Positions 38,410 to 49,689 are shown, counted from the first letter of the stretch. The stretch is DNA of 64,000 nt from Eledone cirrhosa (GCA_964016885.1 OZ024742.1:161696001-161760000), one strand, 5' to 3'. Notes: generated by a model not told the origin, from the letters alone. Program-made: numbers and translations.

Positions 38410-39498
38410 TTATATATATACATATATTAAAGTGTTAAACAATATTCAATGAGTATGTCAAAGAATGAGTTTTACAGTAGATTGGAAGCACTACCTTGAT
38501 TAAATCTTAACCATTTAACATCTCAGGGTATGTCATGTATCATTATATTTTGTCGATGTCTGATGAGGACGTACGAAATATGTATAATAAAATGTAATTG
38601 ATCAAAAGAACATCTATTTTATTAATATTTATATTTTAATATATATATATACACGATATATTAACAAATGGAAACTATATTTACAAAACCATATTTATTT
38701 CATTATACATATTTCAAGGACACCAAGTTAAATTATGGTGTGCTTTCATCAGATAAAATATAATATAGAGCAGTTTTATAAATAAATATTGACATACCGT
38801 TAAAGAATACGACCATTTATATATATATAAAGCATCTACATCAACTCCTACCTATTCAGTGAGGAGAGGGAGGGGGGGGGGGTCATTTCAAGAGTTACAA
38901 GTAGTTCTATTTCCCGAAATAATCAGATAACAAGCTTATGTCACTATTGGTTTCAGATCAAATGTTTCATAATGGAACAATCAATCAAATATGAATTAGA
39001 AAGAACACACGGAAAATTGCAATGCATAGCCGTTAAGAAAACGACCGGTTCTGATTCGTAGCTGGAGTATCGTACGATATCAGGCCACCGGCTAGGCTTG
39101 GCGTAGGAGTAAAGGATAATGAAGCAAGCAGCCGGCATCTATACGTAGCTTTTTCAAATTAGCAATGTCAAAGTTATAGGTAAATAAAATAATCACCTAA
39201 AATATTAAATATGACATAGTAGCTAGCAATAAGGTTAAATTTATGTAATTCGAGATCTGTCAAATAAGTTATTTTCCTGGGTACAGCTCTTGTTTAATCA
39301 GTCGAGTTTATAGTACCAGGGTTTAGATGACAAACTGGTAAAACATACACATTTATACATCAATATCAATATAAATAGGGGAATAAATAAAATGAAATAT
39401 TAAATATATATATATACAAAAACACACTTACTGTGATGTCTTTTGAAAGAACTGAAGACAGTAGGACTTCGGCGTACGACTCTAAATAATACATCCAT
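23933..39498 (-). CDS. LDLRAP1: LDL receptor adaptor protein 1 (ARH)-like PTB-domain clathrin adaptor, 7 coding exons, 912 nt, 303 aa
   Basis: Exons 39432-39498, 30942-31099, 28980-29207, 26811-26921, 25947-26087, 25288-25334, 23933-24092; all introns GT-AG, phases 1,0,0,0,0,2. Protein MDVLFRVVRRSP..KRHHKLHDKWGE..GLTFYLKYLGSTLVE..IYRISFCTADRHHERVFAFIA..KRKIAHDVTLTVSQSF..LDDCFSRLAEYR closely parallels vertebrate LDLRAP1 as recalled (RHRKLPENW, FSLKYLG, IYRISYCTADKMH, LDEAFSRLAQSR). Confidence 0.92.
24120..24516 (+). mobile_element. RTE LINE 3' end (3' UTR and (GAT)n tail) in LDLRAP1 intron 6
   Basis: Reverse-complement homolog of ~30012-30435. Confidence 0.85.
25288..25334 (-). CDS. LDLRAP1: LDLRAP1-like exon 6 (first half of the AP-2 beta2-binding motif)
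   Basis: Acceptor TTGCAG, donor GTATGT; encodes QDFDEEEANLDDCFS(R). Confidence 0.88.
25947..26087 (-). CDS. LDLRAP1: LDLRAP1-like exon 5 (S/P-rich linker)
   Basis: Acceptor TTACAG, donor GTAAGT; 47 codons YVGDLIEIPEDD...NSPCINL, phase 0/0. Confidence 0.85.
26811..26921 (-). CDS. LDLRAP1: LDLRAP1-like exon 4 (PTB terminal helix)
   Basis: Acceptor TTTCAG, donor GTAAGC; encodes AHDVTLTVSQSFSIAEYLELEEEQEERRKVEKEDNRI. Confidence 0.92.
27012..27277 (-). mobile_element. Two tandem 5'-truncated SINE copies
   Basis: agagataatcaaataattgtttctactttagg...caacctcggcggga occurs twice (~27001 and ~27159), including shared flank. Confidence 0.85.
28128..28305 (+). mobile_element. tRNA-derived SINE copy
   Basis: Family A/B boxes, core and tail. 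Confidence 0.9.
28980..29207 (-). CDS. LDLRAP1: LDLRAP1-like exon 3 (PTB core)
   Basis: Acceptor TAACAG, donor GTAAGT; encodes EKNSGKKWKKVALNVSSQGI...IYRISFCTAD...ECYVYVCPKRKI. Confidence 0.95.
30012..30899 (-). mobile_element. RTE LINE 3' portion (ORF C-terminus, ~390-nt 3' UTR, (GAT)n tail) in LDLRAP1 intron 2, embedded in (TA)n
   Basis: ORF 30404..30934: WKKFREL..KGRLY.ACIRTAMLHGSETW...RRLRWYGHVMR...GRPRKTW. Confidence 0.92.
30942..31099 (-). CDS. LDLRAP1: LDLRAP1-like exon 2 (start of PTB domain)
   Basis: Acceptor TTACAG, donor GTAAGC; encodes LHDKWGENLDTVNDGLTFYLKYLGSTLVEE...AIQRVISM. Confidence 0.93.
31198..31483. mobile_element. piggyBac-type MITE
   Basis: TTAA on both sides; TIRs accttttgataccaaacc / ggtttggtaccaaaaggg. 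Confidence 0.7.
32535..32737. mobile_element. SINE with an inverted 5' segment (head-to-head), forming a palindrome
   Basis: acccgtaaggatgaaagg...gaactcagaccataaag (32535-32591) is the reverse complement of ctttatggtctgagttc...catccttacggggt (32610-32668). Confidence 0.85.
34131..34207. mobile_element. Miniature Tc1/mariner MITE, 77 bp
   Basis: TIRs caggatgtcccaaaaatgtacacat / gtgtatacatttttgggggacacgctg, flanked by TA. Confidence 0.75.
35212..35395 (-). mobile_element. tRNA-derived SINE copy
   Basis: Reverse complement of the family sequence. Confidence 0.9.
39432..39498 (-). CDS. LDLRAP1: LDLRAP1-like exon 1 (MDVLFRVVRRSPTVFSSFKRHH)
   Basis: AAAATGG start context, donor GTAAGT, phase 1 matches exon 2; N-terminus resembles MDALK...IRSP...RHRK. 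Confidence 0.8.
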
Positions 39499-39499
39499 T

Positions 39500-39760
39500 T
39501 TTCGTGGTTGTGTTAAGTAGTATATGTTAGGAATAAAAATAAATATTCTTTGCAATGTTTGTTATTCAGGGTAAAAACAGAGGGGAAACGTGCAATATTT
39601 GTTACCGAAGTGATGTTCACCCTCTCTAGTATGAAATGACTGCGGTCTTGACAATGTTTTACTACTTACTACAAAAGCCGCTGAATGTGTACGTCAATCA
39701 TAGCGATCGCCTGATTCAAAAGTAGGCGGGGCTTAACATCTCACGCTAAAAGATGAATGG
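39500..39760 (-). promoter_or_regulatory. Probable 5' UTR/promoter of the LDLRAP1-like gene
   Basis: Locally CpG-enriched, repeat-free sequence upstream of the ATG, with CRE-like TACGTCA (~39690) and GC-box-like AGGCGGGGC (~39724). Confidence 0.4.
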
Positions 39761-39984
39761 TCGATAGAAAACACACCATCTCTTAATTAGAGAAAAATAT
39801 TTTAATACATGTGCCCGTTTCTAACATAATCAGCAGTAATAACAACACCGCCGTCGCTATGTTGTTTTATTTGTTTATTATTTTTTATGCGTATATATAT
39901 ACATATGTGTGTATATGTGTTGTAAATACATACTTTAAACAAATCTGGTGATTGTCTCGCATTCTTTAAATATCATGTTATTCT

Positions 39985-40225
<241 letters not shown>

Positions 40226-41068
40226 TTTGTTAATTGACAATTGTTAATATTTGACAATTTGCAGAGGAAATATATTCCTCACCGTATATTATTTAATAAT
40301 TATGTTACAAGTAGAACAAGTAAGCTTGTTGGTAATAGTGGTGGGGTGGTAAAGGGTGTTGTTTATAGTTGTCGGCGGTGATGCTCTATTTGTTGTGTTG
40401 CTGTAGCTGATGCTGCTTATGTTGTTGTTTAGTCCCAAGTTATACCCCTGATCCAATCCAAGCGTGACCACCCCGTCATTTATTTTTGTGTACCCATGAC
40501 TACAATGTTCAACATGTCTTTCCTCATTTAAGATGGTAGGATATATTTATGAGGGAGATTTGGCTATTATTTCTAGCAAGTCGAGTGACCACGTCGGGTG
40601 TCTCCTGTTGACTTAATGTTGCTTGGTACTAGATATGTAGGTGGTATTGATAATATTTTTAGGGTTTTGGTAAAAAAAGGAGGTGATTAATCGGGTAATA
40701 ATCAATATTGTTTTCTATTATAATTTTATTGATTATCCTTAGTTTTAAGATCATAGTCAACTTCCAGTAATTTCCGTGTTTGAAAGTGATAATTAAAAAA
40801 AAAACAATCATTATATTCACCTTCGAAATTGTATCTCTGCAAAATATGCATCTATATATATATAAAGTTATTAATAAAGTTATGAGGAAACCAAGCCATG
40901 GGGCTCACTCTACTGTAGTTATGTATGTGTGTACATACACACATACACGCTTGTATGTATGTATGTATGTATGTATGTATGTATGTATGTATGTATGTAT
41001 GTATGTATGTATGAATGTATGTATGTATGTATGTATGTATGTATGTATGTATGTATGTATGTATGTAT

Positions 41069-41476
41069 GAGAGATGACCCCTTAGCCTTTGTCAAGGCAG
41101 AATTCTAGGAGAAGGAAAGCTCTGATATAACACCTGCAACCCTGATGGTATCCAATGATGTTGACTTGTTCTTCTTTTTGGTAAATATCATCTTGGTTAA
41201 GAGAGTGGGACTGGCTTTGTGCAGTGCCTTTGCTCACTATAAAAGCTTCACGGCACAGGCATTGCTTTATATCTGGAGATCTCTCTGCACTTGTCGTCAC
41301 ATGGTACCATCGGCCCAGCACTATGTGTCAATAATTGTCACAGGTGTACTGTTTGAACCAGAGTTTTCAAGTCGCTGGCTGGACTAAAAAGTCACACTCG
41401 TTCAGCGCATCGGTAGGGGTTCTCCTACATAGATATAAAGTAGTGGCCCTACTCGAAAACGAGTTGGCAGCCACCA
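41069..41476 (+). mobile_element. 5'-truncated copy of the ~604-bp non-autonomous RTE-like element
   Basis: Near-identical to the 3' two-thirds of 41560..42163; followed by (TGTA)n. Confidence 0.8.
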
Positions 41477-41559
41477 TGTATGTATGTATGTATGTATGTA
41501 TGTATGTATGTATGTATGTATGTATGTATGTATGTATGTATGTATGTATGTATGTATGT

Positions 41560-42163
41560 CAGGTCACCAGTTGGTGCTACTGGTAACATGTATCCCAGTA
41601 CAACCTGTCTCATGGTCGGGTCGTTGGCGACTAAACTGGCAACACCACCAAGGTTTCTTGGTGAGGAGGGTGACTTTGGACATCCTGCAGGACTAAAAAC
41701 AAAACCTGTCAAAGAGCAAAGGAGCTCTTAAGAGTCAATGGCCATCCAAAATCACCGGGAGAGATGACCCCTTAGCCTTTGTCAAGGCAGAATTCTAGGA
41801 GAAGGAAAACTCTGATATAACACCTGCAACCCTGATGGTATCCAATGATGTTGACTTGTTTTTCTTTTTGGTAAATATCATCTTGGTTAAGAGAGTGGGA
41901 CTGGCTTTGTGCAGTGCCTTTGCTCACTATAAAAGCTTCACGGCACAGGCATTGCTTTATATCTGGAGATCTCTCTGCACTTGTCACATGGTACCATGGG
42001 CCCAGCACTATGTGTCAATAATTGTCACAAGTGTAGTGTTTGTACCAGAGTTTTCAAGTCGCTGGCTGGACTAAAAAGTCACACTCGTTCAGCGCATCGG
42101 TAGGAGTTCTCCTACATGGATATAAAGTAGTGGCCGTACTCGAAAACGAGTTGGCAGCCACCA
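41560..42163 (+). mobile_element. ~604-bp non-coding, non-autonomous RTE-like retroelement
   Basis: Contains CTAGGAGAAGGAAAACTCTGA, recalled as typical of RTE 5' UTRs. 3' stem-loop GTGGC..ACTCG-AAAA-CGAGT..GCCAC, then (TGTA)n. No credible ORF. Confidence 0.7.
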
Positions 42164-42193
42164 TGTATGTATGTATGTATGTATGTATGTATG

Positions 42194-43711
42194 TTCTTCT
42201 GGTTTTATAATTTCACAAAGTTTTACCAATAGAGAGAGAGTCGGTTTCTAACATGGACACAAGACTCTCTCATTGGAATTTACACAACATCAACTAGGTA
42301 GATATGTATGTATGCATGCATGCATGTGTAGATATGGATGTATATGCTTTGTATCTGTACATGTGTATATGCAGTTATTAGATGCAACATTTTTGGAATA
42401 TTTTACATATTTTTACTGTTCTATTAATGGATTGTACTTGTAGTTTCCTAACTAGTTGTGTTCTTTCTGTTCCTGTGAAGCCTAGCTTCTCAAGATTTGT
42501 ATTGAGGCAGTTACTAACATACCCCAGTGCCCCAATAATCACAGGCATAAATCTGAAGGTGTAATCAGGGTGGAGTATCTGCAGATTTCTCATCAGTTCT
42601 GCATAAATATTCTCCTTTTCACTAATCTTTGATATCATATTGGCATCTGCTGGGCAGCTAATTTCCACTACTGTGCATGTTTTCTTCTCCCTGTCCCATA
42701 TCATAATATCTGGTCTGTGCCTGCATTTTATTGGGGTTTTTACTGGAACATTCCACCAGTACTCTTTCATATTATGTACATGGATGTCTTCCACATTGTT
42801 GTAGCTTTTAATGTGTTTATTATCGGGGCTATCTTTTTTACGAACTGCATTGTACAGTGTTTTGGCCACTACATCATGCCTCATAGGTAGATAGTACCGC
42901 GATGACATCTTTGGACAGTTGCTGATGACATGGGTGATATCCTCGATGTTAGTTCTGCAGAGTCTGCACTTGTTATCACATCTAGGTATTTTCCTGCATC
43001 CCTATCTCTTTTGTGAATCAGGTATTTCGTGCTAATCTCCTGTTCTTGGATTGCAAAAGCGTATCCTTCAAAGTGGGAGCTAATATAGCGGTTGTTGGTC
43101 CAAGATAGACTACTTTCCTTATCTATATTACTCTCACTCTGGAGCTTCCTGGCAACATATCCATGTATGATTTTTTGCTGATATGCAGGCAATTTTTCAT
43201 CCATGGATTCACTGCGATACTGCTGAACGACATCCCTGGGTGTGAGTTTTTGATTATCACACAGGGAATATCTCTCAAGGAGTTCCTTCCAAACTCTCAT
43301 GATCTTATCTGTTTCATGCAGATAGACTTGCTCGAGAAGTGGGCTTCTACGCTTTGAGGTTCGTAGATGTTGTCGGAGAGATATGATGCGACATTCAAAT
43401 GTTGTCTGGACTGATGTTAGGCCTCTGCCTCCCTGCTTACGTTTCAAGTAAAGGCGGTCTATGTCACTGTTGATGTGGAAGTTTCCGGTGTTGTTCAGTA
43501 TTTTTCGAGTTCCAACATCAACTGCTCGGATTTCGTCTATCGTCCAATTGAGTATTCCAAACGTTGGTGTTAGGACAGGCACAGCAAACACATTGTGAGC
43601 CACTGTTTTGTTTTGCGCAGAGAGTTCCGATGACCAGATCTTTCTTAATCGGGTGTAGTATTCCCTGGTTACGCGTTCTTTATTACAGATACCATTATAG
43701 GATATGTTCTC

Positions 43712-43713
<2 letters not shown>
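42194..43713 (-). mobile_element. R4-clade (Dong/R4/Rex6-like) non-LTR retrotransposon, 5'-truncated, with restriction-like endonuclease
   Basis: EYYTRLRKIWSSEL..NK..AHNVFAVPVL...RLYLKRKQGGRGL, FAIQEQ, CCHC finger CRLC-x8-H-x4-C, RHD, RPDIMIWD, VVEISCP, K..KE.IY, PVIIGALG. One frameshift near 42985. 3' UTR extends to 42194. Confidence 0.9.
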
Positions 43714-43742
<29 letters not shown>

Positions 43743-43821
43743 TGTATGTATGTATGTATGTATGTATGTATGTATGTATGTATGTATGTATGTATGTATG
43801 TATGTATGTATGTATGTATGT

Positions 43822-44423
43822 CAGGTCACCAGTTGGTGCTACTGGTAACATGTATCCCAGTACAACCTGTCTCATGGTCGGGTCGTTGGCGACTAAACTG
43901 GCAACCCCACCAAGGTTTCTTGGTGAGGAGGGTGACTTTGGACATCCTGCAGGACTAAAAACAAAACCTGTCAAAGAGCAAAGGAGCTCTTAAGAGTCAA
44001 TGGCCATCCAAAATCACAGGGAGAGATGACTCCTTAGCCTTTGTCAAGGCAGAATTCTAGGAGAAGGAAAACTCTGATATAACACCTGCAACCGGTATCC
44101 AATGATGTTGACTTGTTCTTCTTTTTGGTAAATATCATATTGGTTAAGAGAGTGGGACTGGCTTTGTGCAGTGCCTTTGCTCACTATAAAAGCTTCACGG
44201 CACAGGCATTGCTTTATATCTGGAGATTTCTCTGCACTTGTCGTCACATGGTACCATGGGTCTAGCACTATGTGTCAATAATTGTCACAAGTGTAGTGTT
44301 TGTACCAGAGTTTTCAAGTCGCTGGCTGGACTAAAGAGTCACACTCGTTTAGCGCATCAGTAGGGGTTCTCCTACATGGATATAAAGTAGTGGCCGTACT
44401 CGAAAACGAGTTGGCAGCCACCA
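43822..44423 (+). mobile_element. Second full copy of the ~604-bp non-autonomous RTE-like element
   Basis: Near-identical to 41560..42163; flanked by (TATG)n on both sides. Confidence 0.8.
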
Positions 44424-44480
44424 TGTATGTATGTATGTATGTATGTATGTATGTATGTATGTATGTATGTATGTATGTAT

Positions 44481-44781
44481 TTCGAGTATATTTTTTTGAC
44501 CGGCCACCTTCCTGGTGGCAAGGCTGTAAAAGAACAGAAATTGTCATCCCTTGAATCGCAAGAATGTTTTGCAAATTTTGAAGGTGCCAGCTATCGCAGC
44601 CATTTGTAGACTATGAATTAGGGAGCTGCGCTTTTTGTCCGCAAATCCAAGTTCAGTCATACTTTGGTCCAAGCCGGTTGGTATATAACCCGTAGCTCCA
44701 ATAATGATGGGTATGAAGCTCAAGGTGTATCTTGGATACAGGATTTGTAAACTCCTCATCAATGGTCCGTAGATGTCCCCC
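44481..44781 (-). mobile_element. 3' tip of a second, distinct R4-clade retrotransposon
   Basis: DIYGPLMRSLQILYP.Y....IPIIIGATGYIP...ELGF...LQMAAIAGTFKICKTFLRF aligns with the C-terminus of 42378..42908 but is diverged; the 3' UTR is different. Confidence 0.85.
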
Positions 44782-46615
44782 TGTATGTATGTATGTATGT
44801 ATGTATGTATGTTTGTATGTATGTATGTATGTATGTATGTATGTATGTATGTATGTATGTATGTATTAAAACGAAGGATTACCTTTTTATTTAATATTTC
44901 AACACGATTAGAAAACATTAAATCATTAATATAGCTCTAATTAAGTTAAGACCCATTGCTAAGAATTCAAAAATAAAAAAAATAAAAAATCAACTTAAAC
45001 TGAAAGTTAACATTATTTTGTTAGTAGTTTATTTATTATTTTGCAGTTTGGCTTTTCCGGTTATTTTGACATTTCCATTAAGACTAACTTCCTGAAACAG
45101 TATTCTGTTTGTAGTAGCAGCGTTAACAAAATCAAAAGGCCCCTTCTTCGCTATCACTAGCGGAATTTTTATTTTATCTTACAACACGTGGGACGTGTTA
45201 ACGTATTTACAAGCAAGAGAGAAAAAAAAAAAGCGCAGGAGAAACAAAAAAATGATCACCTTGTTTCTTTTAAAACTTTTATTGGTCGAGGTTCGGAACA
45301 ATAAAGCTCTTTAGTTTCTTCACAATGAAATTCTTTTAATTTAATCTTACAAGATGTTTTAGCTGCATTTGATCATACAAACTAAGTAGTTTTAATATTA
45401 TTATTATCATCATAGTTCTGTTGTTGTTGTTGCTGTCAGATAGCCAAATCACGTACGTCAGGCAACATTGAAACAAGAACAGAATGATAAATATAGCGGT
45501 TCCTCAGTGTACGTCATACGTTGTTAGAAGAAAAATGAAAACTATTCTCATACAATGAATTCCCTTTGAGAGAGAGAGAGAGATTGTCATCTGTTAAATT
45601 CTCTTCAGTGCACAAATAGTTTTTTTTATTAGATAAATAGAAGTTCACACAAAGAGTCGCAGAATCCACAAGGCGGGCTTACAATATGCAGCAACTTTCC
45701 CATTGACTTGGCTCTTAGTACTTGCACTGCTAATGCACCCCATGCTGGCTCAGTCATCAAATCTGGGCGTTCTTAGTTAGGCTGTCTTGGCTGGAATTTA
45801 GCTAGGGTTTTTATTACTCTTTTATAAATTCCATTCACGTTTAGCATGATTTATAGGAATATTAAATCGTCCTCCATTACTTGACTTCCCGGGAAGGTTG
45901 AAAAGCAAAGTTGACCTCGGCAGGATTTTGACTTAGAATGTGAATCGGCTAAAATTAAACGCTACTCTTAAAACTATGCCAATCTACCCAATCTACTGTA
46001 TAATAAGTAAAGAGCTAAAAATGTAGTAATGACGAAAGGTTTAATCAAAGCTTTACTGCATTAAGAAAAGGTGATTCTCAAGACCAATGCTTACATTTGG
46101 TATGACTGGTAGGGGCGACAACTCTTAATTTCAAGCAAAGTTAGTTGACAACACCGGAATGTCAATTGCTCTTAGATCTCTTCATCAAAATAGTGTCTTT
46201 ATTCTATTTGCTAGATCCATAATAATTCTTTCTATCATTAGCAGAAGGGCAGCAATTTTGGGGAAAGGAAAATCGATTATGTCGACACCTGTACTTAACT
46301 GGTACTTTATTTTATCGACCTCAGCAGGAGGAAACGCAGGGATTTGAACTCAGAAAGTAAAGAGTCGGAACAAACAATCTTTTTAGGATTTATCCTATGC
46401 TCTAACGCTCTTCAGATCCGTAGCAATAAAATTACTATATATAAGCACTTTAGTCATGGAAAACAATTAGTAAAGAAAGCACTCATGCTCAATGTGACGA
46501 GCGAGAAAACTTAAAATAACCAAAACTCTGCCTTCATTGAAGCTATGTGCTTCAGAATGCTAATGACTGTTCTAGTGTAGGCCATATGAATATTTATTGT
46601 ACATATATGCATATA

Positions 46616-46743
<128 letters not shown>

Positions 46744-47029
46744 GCTTCAAAAACATCATCTTTGTCCGTTCCCTTTGTATTTTAGTTTTGATTGCCTCGA
46801 GAATGTAACCTTATTATGTAATGAAGCTGTGTGATGAGATCATGGCATTGGTTGTGTGGAATTGCGTGGCCACTGTCATCATTGAAATATGTATCACAGC
46901 CTTATCAATAAAGACTTTAACATCTGAAACTACTTCGCATTTTCTTATTCTAAATATACTCCGTCATTCCTACGTGGAAAAAGTACATAGAGTGCTTGAA
47001 TTGAATTGCATTAATATTTGCCGTGTATA

Positions 47030-47320
47030 AGAGGGATAAGTTGTAGTGTGCAGGAGAGAAGACTGCGATGGTATGGACATGTGATGCGCATGGAGGATGA
47101 CCAATGGGTAAAGAAGTGCCAAGAAATGCCAGTAGAAGGAAGACCCAGTAGAAGAAGACCACGATAAACATATGCGGAGGTGGTGAGAGCAGACCTCAGA
47201 TCGCTGAAGCTCACGGAGGAGATGATGAAGGACCGTGACAAGTGGAGAGATGCTGTGCTGAATAGGACCCGTCCCACCCTTGCAAGCAGGGAAAAGTAGA
47301 CGTAAAATGATGATGATGAT
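47030..47320 (+). mobile_element. RTE LINE 3' fragment
   Basis: RGISCSVQERRLRWYGHVMRMEDD..VKKC...GRP..., ending in (GAT)n. Confidence 0.85.
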
Positions 47321-47797
47321 GATATATATATATTCTGTGAATTACTAGTGGTGGTACCAAAATGAGCACTCGATGTACAGGCAGATTGTATATATATAGA
47401 AAAATGATAGAAAAATGATGAAGTTTTGTTAATATATATAGAAAAATTATGAAGTTTTTAGTTTTTTATTGTGTATCGACCTGTTATGTGTGTTTAACAG
47501 AAGATTGGCTCAAGATCACCCATAGAAGGTATGGACCCACCTCCATTATTGATCTGCTCGAATTAAGAAGACAGACAGAAATTCTTTACAATTGTTTCAA
47601 CACAAATTTCATTAAATATGTATTTATATAGGTATATATCTCATTGGAAGATTAAAGAATCAGTGTTAGGAAAAGATCCGTAGATGTGAGACAGGGAGCA
47701 GAACATGATGCTATTTAAATGACATGTCTTCTCTAACTATTCTGCTATCTTTATAGTACTTGAATAAAGAAAGATATCTTTATAGTACTTAAATAAT

Positions 47798-47983
47798 TGT
47801 TTCTACTTTAGGCACAAGGCCAGCAATTACCCAGTGCATTACTGGTACTTTATTTTATCGACCCCGTAAGGATGAAAGGCAAAGTCAACCTCGGCGGGAT
47901 TTGAACTCAGATCGTAAAGGGACGTAACTATGCTGGAAAGCATGGCGTCCGACCCTCTACCGATACTGCCAATTCACCACCCG
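47798..47983 (-). mobile_element. Full-length tRNA-derived SINE with 18-bp TSD
   Basis: TSD TTATAGTACTTAAATAAT at 47780-47797 and 47984-48001. Confidence 0.93.
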
Positions 47984-48169
47984 TTATAGTACTTAAATAA
48001 TGACATTAACATTGTGGAATAATATAATAAATTAATAATGGTATAAACGTTTTTCAAATCTGTTAGGTTTTCTTTTTGAAAGTGATGTTATCACTGTGAG
48101 GAACTCTCTCTCTCGCATATACACAACATTCCATTTGCTTACCCTACCATTTTTTCACCACATGCCACT

Positions 48170-48253
48170 GGTACACTCACATACACACACATATATCTAT
48201 AGATATGTGTGTGTATATGTGTATGTATATATGTGTGTGTGTGTGCATATATT

Positions 48254-48289
<36 letters not shown>

Positions 48290-48950
48290 AACACATACAC
48301 ATACATACACACACAAACATGCATGCATACACATACATACATACAAACAAACATACATACACATACATAAATACAAACACACATATAAATACATACACAC
48401 ATATACATACATACACACACATACATACCATGCATAGATATACACACACAAAGATAGACGTTGAAGATAGACGTTAAACGATGATGAAGATGATGAAACA
48501 TGCATACATACATGATGAAGATGATGAAACATGTATACACACACACACACATACATTCACACATACATAAATACATACATACATAAATACAAACATACAC
48601 AAACAAACATGCATACATACATACGTAAATACATACATATACATACATGCATACATAAATACATACATGCACACACAAACATGCATGCATACATATACAT
48701 AGATTAATACACATACATACGTAAACTCATACATAAATACATACATACACACATACATACATAAATACATACATAAATACACATGCATACATACACATGC
48801 ATACATACACATACATTCATACACACATACATAAATACACACACATACAAACACACACACATACATAAATACATGCATACATACACATATATACATACAT
48901 ACACATATTCACATAATACATATATAAATATATATATACACACATATACA
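48170..48950. repeat. Low-complexity (CA/TA/CATA) compound microsatellite
   Basis: Direct reading. Confidence 0.9.
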
Positions 48951-49518
48951 TATTGGTAAGATTCATAACTTATTGGATTGTAGGGTCCCTCAGTAGGAAT
49001 GAAGAGTGGCTTCAACTACACAAGAATGTGTCTGTGTGTGGTTGGAAGAGGCAGCAAGTAGGTCAATACCATTCAGAAGAAAATATGTGGGAGGCTTAGT
49101 TGAACCTTGGGGGCATGGCATACTAGTTGTTGATGGAATGTGGGTCAGACAGATTTCCATCAGTTCAGGCTCAATGGAGCAGTCAGACAGGAAACTTACA
49201 ATCCAAGAAAATGTGGGAAATTGTGGAGCTCATAAGCAAGAACTATAGAAGCTAGGAGGAAGTTTTTATACTAAGAAAGAAGGTGTAGGCTTTACTGTCT
49301 TCAAGAGCTCAACTTTTCTGTCACCCTGAAACCCATTCTTCTAAGAGCAAGTTACCACAGGTGTATGAATGAGACCAGAGGGCAATACATCGTTAGATAG
49401 ATTGATGATGATGAGATGATTATATATCCATATGCATACACATAGACAAATACATTTATAAATACATATATATATAGATATATATATATATATGAAGCAG
49501 TGCCCTCCAAATATATAT

Positions 49519-49550
<32 letters not shown>

Positions 49551-49689
49551 TTCGTTTCTGAATTTGTTCAGCAAGATTCTTTATCTGAAATCGTGTGTTG
49601 AAACCGATATTGGGAGGGTCATTTTGCCAATAAGAAACCCACGCACCATGCGTGTGTTTCTTATTGGCAACATGACCCTCCCAAAGTAT

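Larger units (their letters stand above)
40920..44866. repeat. (TATG)n microsatellite broken into six tracts by five retroelement insertions
   Basis: Tracts at ~40920-41068, 41477-41559, 42164-42193, 43714-43821, 44424-44480 and 44782-44866. Confidence 0.92.

Noticed and set aside
40920-44866. CRISPR-like alternation of repeat and spacer
   Set aside because: Eukaryotic DNA; the repeats are variable-length microsatellites, the spacers are 300-1500-bp retroelements, and there are no cas genes.
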